From: an uncultured bacterium
Lineage (GTDB): Bacteria; Actinomycetota; Acidimicrobiia; Spongiisociales; ZC4RG35
Reading direction: 5' to 3'
NCBI GenBank assembly: GCA_963751005.1
Contig: CAVVSY010000004.1
Location: 761,808-825,807 of the forward strand
DNA: 64,000 nucleotides
In this document: positions 31,541 to 42,241 of the stretch, in pieces
Position numbering within the stretch: position 1 is the first letter of the stretch
How the letters are laid out: every line of letters begins with the position of its first letter
Notes under the pieces: generated by a model
Seen by the model: the letters and a program-made list of their open reading frames with translations, nothing else
Database searches by the model: none
What the model was told of the DNA's origin: nothing
Position numbers and translations under genes: made by a program

Positions 31541-33237
31541 ATGGGACAAAAATCGTTTGCGGCGAGGATGCTGGCGCTGTGCGCCGTGCTCGTCCTGGTC
31601 GCCGTGGCTTGCGGTGACTCGGCCGAACCGTCGGACAGCACCGTCCCCACGCAGTGAAGGGGAGAGCAGTGGGGACGTCCCCAACCCCGATGTGCTCGTG
31701 GTGACGGTGAACGACGATGTCTTCAACCTCGACCCGGCCGCGGTCAACGGCAACGACGTCGGGATGAATGTGATCCTCAACGTCTACGACCGTCTCATCA
31801 ACCTGGCTCCGGAGGATGGCGCCACGATCCCGGCCCTCTCGACGGAGGTCCCCAGCATCGAGAACGGCCTCATCTCCGAGGACGGGCTCACCTACACATT
31901 CCCGATTCGTGAGGGCGTCGTGTTCTCCGACGGGACCGATCTCACGGCCGAGGACGTCAAGTACTCCTGGGACCGGGTGGTCGAGATGGCACTGCCCGAG
32001 GGCCAGTCCGAGCTCTTCTCCAACGTCGCCGAGACCACCGTCGTCGACGACTTCACCTTCGAGGTCACCCTGAACGAGGTCGATGCCCCGTTCCTCGCCT
32101 TCCTGGCGGCCCATCCCGCGGCCAGTGTCGTGAGCATGGATGCCGTCGAGGCCAACGGTGGCGTGGTCGCCGGCCAGCCCAACGAGTACATGGCGCAGAA
32201 CATGGTGGGAACCGGTCCCTACACCCTGGCCTCCTGGGAACGCGGTGACCGGATGAGCTTCGACATCAACGAGGACTTCTGGGGCGAGCCGGCGCATCTG
32301 CCGGTGCGTTGGGAGCTGATCGTCGACTCACCGGCGACCGGTCTCCAGGCGAAGGACTACGACGTGGTCGACATCAGCCCGACGGACGTTCCTTCGATCG
32401 AGCCGATCGAGCATGCCGTCGTCGACACCAGCATCCTGGACCTCCAGGTGCTCCAGATCGGCATGAACATGAACATCGCCGAAGGTGCCCTTCCCGAGGG
32501 TGACACCATCCCGCTCGACTTCTTCCAGGATGTCCGGGTGCGGCAGGCGTTCAACTACGCGTTCGACTATCAGGGCTACATCGACGGGATCCTGGGTGGC
32601 CTCGGAGGACGGCCCAGCTTCATCCTGCCGGTGGAGATGTACGGGTACGACCCGGAAGCGCCGATCTACGAGACCGATCCGGAGATGGCCGAGCAGCTGT
32701 TCACCGAGGCCGGTTACTGGGAAGAGGGATTCACCATCTCGATCATCAGTGACCAGACCCACGAGGGCTTCACCGGTGCGGCGCTTGACACTGAAGGACA
32801 GCATCGAGGCGTTGAACCCCAACTTCCACGTGAACGTGCTCGCCGTGCCCGAGGCTCAGTTCGACGAGGCTCTGGCGACCGACCCCTTGCCGGTGGCGAT
32901 GTGGTCGTACACCAGCTCGCAATACAGCACTCCCGACGCCTACCTGTTCGACAGTGCCCTGTCGGACGGCCGTTATGGAGCGGTCAACAGCTTCGTCGAC
33001 GGTTACAGCGACCCGGCTGCGATCGACGCGCTGATCAACTCGGCGCGCACCACCCTCGACGAGGCCGAGCGTCTCTCGATCCTCTCCGAGATCCAGCACC
33101 AGCTCTACGAGGAGGCGATGTGGATCATGCCGGCCAACGAGGGTGCCCCCTCGGCCGCCGGTGAGTGGGTCACCGGCCACATCGAGAACCCGATGTGGGC
33201 GCGGCCTTCGCAGTACTGGGCCCTATACGACAAGTGA
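31541..33237 (+). CDS. ABC transporter substrate-binding protein, family 5 (oligopeptide/dipeptide-type), 2 frameshifts
   Basis: Signal peptide plus lipobox LVAVACG; SBP_bac_5-like body (DPA... GTGPY... W...); the C-terminus lies in a second frame. Confidence 0.65.
31547..31563. promoter_or_regulatory. LacI-type operator AAATCGTTTGCG overlapping the start of the SBP gene
   Basis: Second copy flanking the GAGGAGG ribosome-binding site. Confidence 0.35.
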
Positions 33238-33361
33238 GGTAGGGGGAGTCTCCCTGATCTCGACTGGAGATCACGCCGGACGGTATCCCGTCCGGCGGGT
33301 TCTCCGGGCCCCGATCATATGGCCCGGGCTCGACGTAGACTCGTCGGTGGGAGATTGAAGG

Positions 33362-34372
33362 TTGCATAGGTACATCGCGCGTCGGCTGCTGGCACTGCCC
33401 TTCGTCATCCTGACGGTGAGCGTGCTCGTCTTCGGGCTCACCCGTCTCGGTGGCTCCCCGATCGGCGTCTACCTCGAACCCGGGATGACCGACGAGGAGA
33501 TCTCGGCACTAGAAGAGCGGTTCAACCTCGACGACCCAGTCCACATGCAGTACCTGGCTTGGCTCGGCGGCGTGGTCCAGGGTGAGCTCGGCTGGTCGGC
33601 GGTGGCGGCCGCGCCGGTGGTCGACGTCTTCCGACAGAAGATCCCGGCCTCTTTCGAGCTGGGTGCCGCCGCAGCACTGTGGGCGGTCACCCTCGGGGTT
33701 GGTCTGGGCACCTTCGCGGCACGACGGCGTAACCGCGTCGGTGACCAGTTCGCCGGGGTGTTCGCTGTGGGTGGCGCGAGCATGCCCACGTTCTGGCTGG
33801 GGATCGTCCTCCTGATCATCTTCTGGTCCTATTTGGGTTGGTTTCCGCATGGAAGGTCGAGCCCGGAGATTTGGGACAGCATCTCTCATCCCACCGGCTT
33901 CTACGTGATCGACTCGATCCTGGCCCTGAATTTCAATGCCTTGCGGGACGCCGTTTGGCACCTGGTGCTCCCGGCGCTCACCCTCGGGTATGCCGCCGTG
34001 GGCATCGTGACGAGGATGATGCGGTCGTCTCTGCTCGAGGAGATGGGCAAGGACTACGTCGACGCGGCACGGGCCCGGGGTCTCCCCGAGCGTCTGGTCG
34101 TCCGCCACCACGCCCGGCGCAATGCGTTCATCCCCACCATCACCGTGATCGGGCTCTCGATCGGGATCATGTTCGAGGGCACCGTCGTAGTGGAGACCAT
34201 CTTCGGCTGGCCCGGCCTGGGCAACTGGATGGCGGACTCCGTCCTCAGCGGTGACCAAGGAACCACCCTCGCCTTCGTCATCTTCACCAGCATCCTGTTT
34301 CTCACCATCAACATGGGTGTCGACGTCATGTACGGCTATCTCGACCGCCGCGTCGTGTTGAGGAAGTGCTAG
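33362..34372 (+). CDS. ABC transporter permease (DppB/OppB-like)
   Basis: Intact 336 aa; binding-protein-dependent transport systems inner membrane component (BPD_transp_1) motif region; possibly TTG start. Confidence 0.85.
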   Translation: MHRYIARRLLALPFVILTVSVLVFGLTRLGGSPIGVYLEPGMTDEEISALEERFNLDDPVHMQYLAWLGGVVQGELGWSAVAAAPVVDVFRQKIPASFELGAAAALWAVTLGVGLGTFAARRRNRVGDQFAGVFAVGGASMPTFWLGIVLLIIFWSYLGWFPHGRSSPEIWDSISHPTGFYVIDSILALNFNALRDAVWHLVLPALTLGYAAVGIVTRMMRSSLLEEMGKDYVDAARARGLPERLVVRHHARRNAFIPTITVIGLSIGIMFEGTVVVETIFGWPGLGNWMADSVLSGDQGTTLAFVIFTSILFLTINMGVDVMYGYLDRRVVLRKC

Positions 34373-34374
34373 TC

Positions 34375-35295
34375 ATGGCAGTTCGCGCCGAGAAGGCGCC
34401 GGTGGTGATCCACGAAACCCCATTCCGGGTCAAGACGAGGCGACTCTTCGCCACGACCAAGGAGGTGTTCAGCAAGGGGAGCACCGCCGCCGGGGCAGTG
34501 ATAATCATCCTCCTCCTGAGCATGGCGATCTTCGCCCCGCTGATCATCCCCGCCAACGAGCGTGGCGCCTATCAGATGCCCCGCGACCTCAGCTCCGTGG
34601 CCGTGCCCCCGGGGACCGAGGGGCACCCGCTGGGGACCACCCGAATGGGCGGCGACGTACTGTATGGCGTGGTCTGGGGCGCCAGACTCTCGCTCCAGCT
34701 CTCCATCTATGTGGTGTTCGGGGCGGTGACGGTCGGTCTCATCGTGGGGAGCATCGCCGGCATTGTTGGTGGCAAGGTGGACGCCTTCCTGATGAGGATG
34801 GTCGACGTCTTCTTGGCCATACCCGCATTGATCTTCCCGTTGGCGATCGCCGCGATCCTCGGCCCGTCGTTCATCAACATCGTCGTCGCCCTCGCCGCCA
34901 TCATGTGGGCTCGCTATGCCCGCATCATCCGGAGTCAGATCCTCCAGGTCCGTGAGGAGGACTACGTCGACGCCGCCCGCGCCATCGGCGACTCCCGTTT
35001 CGGGATCATCCGGAGGGACATCCTCCCCAACTCGCTGACCCCGGTGGCGGTGCAGGCCACCCTCGACATGGGCCACGCCGTGCTCTTCGGCGCCACTCTC
35101 GCGTTCATCGGGCTGGCCGTCGCCGGTCAAGCGGAGTGGGGCACCCTGGTCAGTGAGGGACAGGCCGACATCGTCGCCGGACGCTGGTGGACATCGACGT
35201 TCCCCGGGTTGATGGTGTTCCTCTGGGCACTCTCGTTCAACCTCGTCGGTGACGGGCTGCGCGACGTGCTCGATCCCAGGACCGAGGGCCGTTAG
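34375..35295 (+). CDS. ABC transporter permease (DppC/OppC-like)
   Basis: Intact; N-terminal OppC-like region and ...[15 protein letters not shown]-terminus. Confidence 0.85.
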   Translation: MAVRAEKAPVVIHETPFRVKTRRLFATTKEVFSKGSTAAGAVIIILLLSMAIFAPLIIPANERGAYQMPRDLSSVAVPPGTEGHPLGTTRMGGDVLYGVVWGARLSLQLSIYVVFGAVTVGLIVGSIAGIVGGKVDAFLMRMVDVFLAIPALIFPLAIAAILGPSFINIVVALAAIMWARYARIIRSQILQVREEDYVDAARAIGDSRFGIIRRDILPNSLTPVAVQATLDMGHAVLFGATLAFIGLAVAGQAEWGTLVSEGQADIVAGRWWTSTFPGLMVFLWALSFNLVGDGLRDVLDPRTEGR

Positions 35296-36461
35296 CGGTA
35301 TTTGACCCCGGTGCCGGTGTTGAACACGAGCACCCGGTCGTCCTCGTTCAACCAACCTCGGCCACGCAACTTCTCGAGGGCCGCCCAGGCGGCGCCTCCC
35401 TCCGGGCAGACGTCGACACCGGTCCTCGCCGAGAGCTCGGCCGCGGCCCGGGGAATTTCGGCCTCGGGCACGGCCACGGCCGTGCCGTTGGTCTCGCGAA
35501 TGGCCCGCAGACAGAGAAAACCCGCGATCGGGTTGGGCACCCGAAGCCCGTAGGCGGTGGTCACCGGGTTCGGCCATGGCTCGGTGAAGGTGTTGCCCGA
35601 TTCGTATCCCGCCACAACGGGGGCACACCCGTCGCTCTGCACCGACACCAAACGGGGTCGCTCGGGCCCGATCCAACCCATTCGCTCCATCTCGTCGAAG
35701 GCCTTCCACATCCCCACCAGCCCGGTGCCGCCACCGGTGGGGTAGACGATCACGTCGGGCAGTTCGCCGGCGAATTGCTCCCAGATCTCGTAGCCCATCG
35801 TCTTCTTGCCCTCGACCCGGTATGGCTCCTTCAACGTGGAAAGGTCGAAGTCCTCCGGGGAGCGGTGCTCCGCGAGCCACTTTCCCGAGTCGGCGATCGT
35901 GCCCGGCACCAGCTCGACCCGGGCCCCGTAGTGGCGGCACTCCTCGACGAACTGTCGCGGCGTGTCGTCGGGCATGGCGACCAGGACGTCGACCCCGGCG
36001 GCGGCGCCATAGGCGGCCAGGGCGCCGGCGGCATTCCCCGCGGACGGCGCGACCATCCTCTTCACTCCGAGCGCCACGGCTGCCGACACCGCCATCGACA
36101 TCCCTCTCGCCTTGAACGAGCCGGTTGGGTTGCGGGCCTCGTCTTTCACCCAGGTCGTGTCGTCGACGCCGACCAGCGGAGTCCAGCCCTCGGTCAGCGA
36201 GATGGCGGCACCGATGTCGACGGGGAGGACCGCGGCGTAGCGCCACAACGACGAGATCTTTCGATCGATCACGTCTTCGGGGTCGGTGCCCGGCTCGACG
36301 GTCATCCCGACCCGCAGCGGAAGGCCGCATCGCTCACATGTCGAGGCGAGCCGGGTCCGGTCATGGGGCTCGCCGCATTCGAAACAGGTCAGGGACGCAA
36401 ATGCCGGATTGAATCCGCTCGTCACGAGTTGGGCCACGATCGGGTCACCGCTTGACCGCAT
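35292..36461 (-). CDS. threonine synthase-like PLP-dependent enzyme with N-terminal zinc ribbon
   Basis: CFECGEPHDR...CERCG ribbon; PLP Lys motif GSFKARG; glycine loop PTGGGTG. Confidence 0.7.
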   Translation of the reverse strand: MRSSGDPIVAQLVTSGFNPAFASLTCFECGEPHDRTRLASTCERCGLPLRVGMTVEPGTDPEDVIDRKISSLWRYAAVLPVDIGAAISLTEGWTPLVGVDDTTWVKDEARNPTGSFKARGMSMAVSAAVALGVKRMVAPSAGNAAGALAAYGAAAGVDVLVAMPDDTPRQFVEECRHYGARVELVPGTIADSGKWLAEHRSPEDFDLSTLKEPYRVEGKKTMGYEIWEQFAGELPDVIVYPTGGGTGLVGMWKAFDEMERMGWIGPERPRLVSVQSDGCAPVVAGYESGNTFTEPWPNPVTTAYGLRVPNPIAGFLCLRAIRETNGTAVAVPEAEIPRAAAELSARTGVDVCPEGGAAWAALEKLRGRGWLNEDDRVLVFNTGTGVKYR

Positions 36462-37452
36462 CGAGGAGTCTCGAGACGTTGTCCCCGAGGATCTGTTGGC
36501 GATCGCCATCGGAGAGACCAGGGATCGAGCCCACGGTGGCGACCGGATCCGGGTCGCCCATCGGGAATGGGTAGTCGGTGCCCATCACGACATGGTCGGC
36601 CCCCATGTGATCGACGAGGAACTCGAGGGCTCGGGTGTCGTGGAGCACGGTGTCGTAGTAGAGGAGGCGGGCGAGCTCGGCCGGCGGCCGGGTCATGTTC
36701 CGGGCAGAGAGTTGGGGGACGGCATCGAACCCGCGTTGCATGCGACCGAGCTGATACGGGATGAACCCGCCGCCGTGGACGACACAGATGACCAGGCCCG
36801 GGAAACGCTCCAGGACCCCGCTGAACAGGAGGTGGGCCACGGCGATGCTGCTCTCCGCCGGGCGCCCGACCAGGTTGTCGAGGAAGTTGCGGGAGAGGTC
36901 CACCCCGGGGAGGGGGTTGCAGGGGTGGATCACCACGAGGCAAGCGAGCGCCTCGGCCGCGGCCCAGAAGGGGTCGAGCCCCGCCTGATCGAGATCGGCA
37001 CCGTCGACGGTGGTGGCGATCTGGACCCCGGCCATGCCCAGTTCCCGCACGGCATGGGTCAGCTCCTCCGCGGCGCGCTCCGGGCTCTGGAGTGGCACTG
37101 TGCCCAACGGCACGAAACGATCCGGGTACTTCGCTGCCTCGTCGACGAGGATCTGGTTGAAGAGACGGGAGTACTCGGCACCGGCGGCACCCTCCATGGC
37201 ATAGGCGGTGAGGTCGATCCAGCTCGAGATGAGCTGGGTGTCGACCCCGGTCGCGTCCATGGCGGAGATGCGTGCCTCCAGATCGCCGAGCACCGGCTGG
37301 AACGGGCCGAGACGGGTGCTGTCCCCGATGACGGCGAACTCCTTCCCTGCTTCCTCTTCGATCTGGATCCCGAACCTGGCCCCGTCGTCACGCAGCACTT
37401 GGAGCAGGGCGGGGGGGATGCAATGGGCGTGGATGTCGTAGGTCCTGGTCAT
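36445..37452 (-). CDS. amidohydrolase-2 family protein (ACMSD-like), paralog 3
   Basis: YDIHAHC... VHGGGFIPYQ... GTDYPFPMG; intact 335 aa. Confidence 0.8.
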   Translation of the reverse strand: MTRTYDIHAHCIPPALLQVLRDDGARFGIQIEEEAGKEFAVIGDSTRLGPFQPVLGDLEARISAMDATGVDTQLISSWIDLTAYAMEGAAGAEYSRLFNQILVDEAAKYPDRFVPLGTVPLQSPERAAEELTHAVRELGMAGVQIATTVDGADLDQAGLDPFWAAAEALACLVVIHPCNPLPGVDLSRNFLDNLVGRPAESSIAVAHLLFSGVLERFPGLVICVVHGGGFIPYQLGRMQRGFDAVPQLSARNMTRPPAELARLLYYDTVLHDTRALEFLVDHMGADHVVMGTDYPFPMGDPDPVATVGSIPGLSDGDRQQILGDNVSRLLDAVKR

Positions 37453-37474
37453 GGCGATCGAATACTCCTCTGGT

Positions 37475-38642
37475 TCAGGAAGCGGCCTCGGTCATGCGAG
37501 AGTCGAGTGCCGGGTCGGGGCTCAGGATGTAGACACCGCCGTTGACCCGGTCGGTCACGTAGACGGTGTGGTCCTCGGCCACGTACACGTCGTTGATCTG
37601 GGCTGCCGCCTGGCCGGGCGGGCATGCCGGGATCCAATGGGCGATCTCGACCGGTTGGTCGGCATCGGAGATGTCGTAGACCCTCAACCCGGCGTTGAAG
37701 TAGGTGACGAAGACGATCTGGTCACTCCGATAGCTGTGGGGCCGGTTCTCGTGGAGACAATGCGCACCGAAGCGGAGGCCCCTCTCGCAGAAGTCCCCCT
37801 CCGGGACGGGACAGATCGAGCGCACCACTGGGTTGGCCTCGTCGGACACGTCCACGATCCGCACCATGTGCCGGTCGCCGTCGCAGCCCTCGCTGACCGC
37901 CTCATCGGTGACGACCACGAGCCCGCGATCGGGCAGCGGGAGACAGGTATGGGTGTGCCCTCCCTCCTCCCAGCCGAGCCGGGAGATGGTCGTCGGCCGG
38001 GTGCGATCGGAGATGTCGATGACCACCATGCCCCCGTCCCAGAAACCGAGGTAGGCACGGTCGTCGTGGACCATGGCATGGTGGACCAGCCACTCCTTTC
38101 CCGGTGGGGTCTCCATGGTCTCGCCGCCGGCCTCCCACATCCCTGGCCACCACCAGCGGCCGACCTCGGTGGGTCGAGCGGGGTCGGAGACGTCGACGAT
38201 CATCCAGATTCGACCGCTGTACCCGGGCGGGGTGGCGGAGATGTAGGCGAAGTCGCCCCCCTCGTAGACGATGCGGTGGACACCGCGCCCCCCGGTGTCG
38301 AAGAACCCGACCTGACGCGGGTCCACGCGGGTCCTCGAGGTCGTAGAGGGCCATTCCCACCGGTGCGGGCCCGTCGCTGCGGAACAGCTCGTGGTTGACC
38401 AGGAGCAGACCGTCGGCGACCTGGACCTTGTGGGTGTGAGAGCCAACCGGGGCGTCCCATTGGCGGATGACCGCCGGTGCCGTCGGGTCACTGATGTCCA
38501 GGATCGAGGTCCCCTTGCCGCTCGGCCCGAAATGGGCGACGTAGAGGACATCGCCATATGGCATCACCTGCATCCCGTCGCCGAACCCGTCGAGATCGGA
38601 GTGACCCACGAGTCGGAATCCGGATGTGTCCTCGGGGTGCAT
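37475..38642 (-). CDS. beta-propeller protein with LVIVD-like repeats, frameshift near 38330
   Basis: Repeated xxVxDISDxxxP blades (ILDISDPTAP, MIVDVSDPARP, VVIDISDRTRP, RIVDVSDEANP, RVYDISDADQP). Confidence 0.5.
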
Positions 38643-38684
38643 CGCTCCTCGGGTATCGGCTGGGCGGTCTTGGGCAAATGTCTT

Positions 38685-38703
38685 TGCGCAATCGTTTGTA
38701 GCA
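38685..38703. promoter_or_regulatory. LacI-type operator TGCGCAATCGTTTGTAGCA upstream of the LacI gene
   Basis: Fits TGNAANCGNTTNCA; near-identical to the site at 54114-54135. Confidence 0.5.
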
Positions 38704-38796
38704 TCCCGGCATCGTCGATGCCAGACGATCCCGTCCCGGGGGCGAGACCCGGTCTCGGGGGCGGCACGATCGGCTCGTGGTTACCCTCGCCCGGTG

Positions 38797-39840
38797 ACCA
38801 ACGACGGGAGAGACCTGACCCGGGCCCCCCGCCCACCTACGTTGCGCGATGTCGCCCGTGAGGCCGGGGTGCACGTCTCCACTGTCTCCCGGGTCCTCAA
38901 CGACCAGGCGGCGGAAGGACGGATCACCCAGGACACCGAGGAGCGGATCCGTGAAGTCGCCCGTCGACTCGGTTATCGCCGCAATGCCATCGCCCGGGCG
39001 CTCCGCACTGGCAGGACTCTGGTGGTGGGGATGGTGATCCCCGACGTCGCCAACCTATATCAGGCCGGCATCACCCGCGGCGCCGGCGACGTCCTCTCTG
39101 CGGATGGCTACTCGCTGATCCTCGCCAGCACCGACGACGATCCCGAGCACGCCCGGTCTCAGGTCTCGGCGATGCTGGGGGTCCAGGCGGAGGGTCTCCT
39201 CTACGGGGTGGCCCGGGAGGACGACGCCGTCCTCGGAGGGCTCGTGGACGAGGGCATCCCGGTCGTCCTCTTCAATCGCACCGTGGAGGCGCCCGGGGTG
39301 AGCGCGGTCGTGCCCGACGATCACACCGGGATTCGTCTGGCGGTGGAGCATCTGCTCGAGCTGGGGCATCGCGACATCGTCCACGTCGGCGGTCCCGAGG
39401 ACGTGTCTTCCACGGTCAACCGGCTCGAGGCCTTCACCGAGACCCTGAGAGCCCACGGGCTCGTCGGTCGTCACGGTCTCGCCAGCCGCCACATCGAGGC
39501 CGAAGGTCATCGGGTGACCGCCGACCTCCTCGAACAGAGCCCGGCGACGACTGCAGTGGTCGCAGCCAACGACCGTCTCGCCCTCGGGGCGATCGATGCG
39601 ATCCGCGACAGCGGGCGGAGCTGTCCCGATGACGTGTCGGTGGTTGGGTTCAACGACATGCCCTACAGCGAGCGCTTCTCGCCCCCACTGACCACCGTCC
39701 ACATCTCCCAGTACGAGTTGGGGTCGATGGCGGCCCGTCTGCTCCTGGAGACGATCAACGACCCGGGCCGTGCGATCGAGACCCAATTGGCCCCACCCGA
39801 GCTGGTGGTCCGCGGCTCGACGGCGGCCCCTCCGACCTGA
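38797..39840 (+). CDS. LacI-family transcriptional regulator
   Basis: HTH TLRDVAREAGVHVSTVSRVLN, followed by a periplasmic-binding-protein-like effector domain; likely GTG start. Confidence 0.85.
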   Translation, partial: TNDGRDLTRAPRPPTLRDVAREAGVHVSTVSRVLNDQAAEGRITQDTEERIREVARRLGYRRNAIARALRTGRTLVVGMVIPDVANLYQAGITRGAGDVLSADGYSLILASTDDDPEHARSQVSAMLGVQAEGLLYGVAREDDAVLGGLVDEGIPVVLFNRTVEAPGVSAVVPDDHTGIRLAVEHLLELGHRDIVHVGGPEDVSSTVNRLEAFTETLRAHGLVGRHGLASRHIEAEGHRVTADLLEQSPATTAVVAANDRLALGAIDAIRDSGRSCPDDVSVVGFNDMPYSERFSPPLTTVHISQYELGSMAARLLLETINDPGRAIETQLAPPELVVRGSTAAPPT

Positions 39841-39869
39841 CAGATCGCCCGTCGTCTGGCTACTCTCCT

Positions 39870-39887
39870 GAACAACCGTTTGTGCAG
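39870..39887. promoter_or_regulatory. LacI-type operator-like site ACAACCGTTTGTGC
   Basis: 25 bp upstream of the creatininase-2 start. Confidence 0.35.
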
Positions 39888-39911
39888 ACCCAGGTGGGAT
39901 CGGAGACCGCG

Positions 39912-40702
39912 ATGAGCCGTGAGCACATCCTCCTCGCCAACATGACCCAGCCCGAGGCCGAGGAGGCGCTGCAGCGGGGGACCGCGGTGTTGGTCACCGG
40001 GAGCATCGAACAGCACGGCGGCCATCTCCCTCTCGGCACCGACTCCTTCGCCGCACTGCACATCGCCCTTGGTGTCGGCTTGCGTCTGGAGGCACCGGTG
40101 CTTCCCGTCTCCCCGGTCGGGAGTCGCCCCCTATCACCTGCCCTGGCCTGGTTCGCTGAGCCTCCGCCCCGAGACCTTGGCCGCGTTGTTGTACGACGTG
40201 TGCGAAGGGCTGGTAGCGGCCGGGGTCACCAGGGTGATCGTGGTCAACTGGCACGAGGGCAACACCACGGCGGTCCGCTTGGGAGCCGACCGGATACAGG
40301 CGGCGCTCCCGCTGCAGGATCATCGTCGTCGAGTCACATGTGATCACCAATGGCCTCTTCCCCGACGAGATGGAGTTCACCCACGCCGGTGCGATGGAGA
40401 CCGCTGCCGTCCTCGCCTATGACCCTGCCCTGGTCAGGCTCGATTCCCTCACCGGAGGCGACGCGGTGGACCTCGGCAGCGAGGGCCACGCCATCTTCCG
40501 ACGTCGCGACGTGTTCCCGATCATGAGGGACTTCCGGGAGGTGGCCGCCACCGGATGGTACGGGTCACCCGACTCGATCGATGAAGAGCGAGCCCGGGAG
40601 ATCCTCGATGCAGTCGTCGACCACGTCGTCGCGGCGGTCGACGAGGTTTGGAAGAGTCTCGAGGACCGCCGCCCCGAAGGATCGGGACACCTAGTGACCA
40701 CC
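39912..40702 (+). pseudogene. creatininase family protein, paralog 2, 2 frameshifts; no stop codon before the next gene
   Basis: VLVTGSIEQHGGHLPLGTD... VIVVNWHEGNT... FTHAGAMETAAVLAYDPALV in three frames. Confidence 0.55.
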
Positions 40703-41747
40703 ATGCGCGCCGCGGTCCTCAGGGATTGGAACGACCTCGTGGTCGAGGACGTGGAGATGCCCGTGCCCGCACCGGGTGAGGTTCTCCTCAGGGTCAGGGC
40801 GTGCGGGCTGTGTGGCACCGACCTGAAGATGGTCCACGGTGCCTTCAGCGAGCGGGGTTGGCCGCCGTCGCTGCCCTTCGTCATGGGTCACGAGTGGTCC
40901 GGAGAGGTCGTTTCCCTCGGGGAGGGGCTGGACGATCTCGATCTGGTGCCCGGCGACCAGGTCGTGGCGGAGAACCACGTCGGCTGTGGCCGCTGTCAGC
41001 TCTGTCGTCAGGGCCGGTACAACCTCTGCGAGAAGACGGGCACCCCGGGTTATCGCCTCTACGGGCACACCGCTCCCGGAGCCCTCGCCGAGTACGCGGT
41101 CAGACCCGGCCCAGATGCTCCACAAGCTCCCGGCATCGGTGAGCCCGTTGGAAGGTGCCCTGGTCAACCAGGGCTCCCTGACCGTTCACGCTCTCCGTCG
41201 TGTCGAGTTCAGGACGGGCTCGACCGTGGCCATCTTCGGGCCGGGCCTCCTCGGGCTGCTCACCGCCGCGGTCGCGGCGGCCTCCGGGGCGGCGCAGATG
41301 ATCATGGTGGGACGGGGGAGCCGTCTCGAGCTGGCCACCCAGATGGGTTGCGATCAGATCGTCGACTACGAGAGCGAGGACCCCGTGGCGGGCGTCCGTC
41401 GACACACCGGAGGACGAGGAGTGGACTATGTGTTCGACTGCAGTGGCAACCCGGACGTCCCGGCCCAGGCGATCGGTGCGGTGCGCCGCGGCGGCAGGGT
41501 TGCCTTGTTGGGTCTCACCGGGGGCAAGCCGTCGCAGATCGACGTCGACCGGCTCACCCTCGACGAGGTGGACCTGATGGGGATTCGGTCGAGCCCCAAC
41601 GCCTACCCGGCGATGATCGCCTTGATGCGCTCGGGCCAGGTCGACCTGAGCCCGCTGGTCACCCACGTGTACCCCCTCGAGTCCGTCGGGGAAGCGCTGG
41701 CCGCCCTGGAATCGCGGACGGCCGTCCGGCCGATCGTGGAGCTCTGA
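40703..41747 (+). CDS. zinc-binding alcohol dehydrogenase (MDR superfamily), frameshift near 41100
   Basis: GEVLLRVRACGLCGTDLKMVHG... GHEWSGEVV... CGRCQLCRQGRYNLCE; NAD domain GPGLLGLL in a second frame. Confidence 0.65.
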
Positions 41748-41749
41748 GC

Positions 41750-42220
41750 ATGGCCTTGGTCGACCACCCCCACATCTCCATGTTCGGCTCGGGGGAGTGC
41801 ACCTGCACCGAGGAGGAGGCGAAGGCACTCGCCGTCGTCGCCGCCTACCGGGTCGCCAAGGTGTCGGAACGAGGCCCGTACCTGTCCCCGGACTTCAAAC
41901 GACACCGCGCCGGCTTCACCCACATCGGCGAGCTCTGGGAGCATCAGGGAGCCGGCGGGATGAACGACGAGTCGATGCGCGACCGGGAGAACATCCTGCT
42001 CGAGCTCACCGCCAAGGACGACAAGGTGTGGGGGATCTTCCGAGTCGTCGGGACGCACACCGGGCCCCTCTATGGCATCCCGGCGACCGGTCGCCACATC
42101 GACGTGATCGAGGTGGGGCTCTGGCGAGTCGAGGAAGGTGTGATCGTCGAGGCGTGGTACTTCGGGGACGAGCTCGGCATGTTGCGTGCGGTAGGTCTCA
42201 ACCCGCCCGATCTCTCGTAG
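41750..42220 (+). CDS. NTF2-like/SnoaL-type predicted ester cyclase
   Basis: 156 aa; pattern similar to predicted ester cyclases (FRVVGTHTG... GIPATGRHIDVIEVGLWRVEEGVIVEAW); assignment tentative. Confidence 0.45.
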   Translation: MALVDHPHISMFGSGECTCTEEEAKALAVVAAYRVAKVSERGPYLSPDFKRHRAGFTHIGELWEHQGAGGMNDESMRDRENILLELTAKDDKVWGIFRVVGTHTGPLYGIPATGRHIDVIEVGLWRVEEGVIVEAWYFGDELGMLRAVGLNPPDLS

Positions 42221-42241
42221 ACGCGGCTGACGCCGACGTCG

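Noticed and set aside
31655-31657. In-frame-looking TGA inside the family-5 SBP (TVPTQ*) as another Sec candidate
   Set aside because: The continuation lies in a different frame (indel frameshift), not the same frame, so this is not a recoding candidate.
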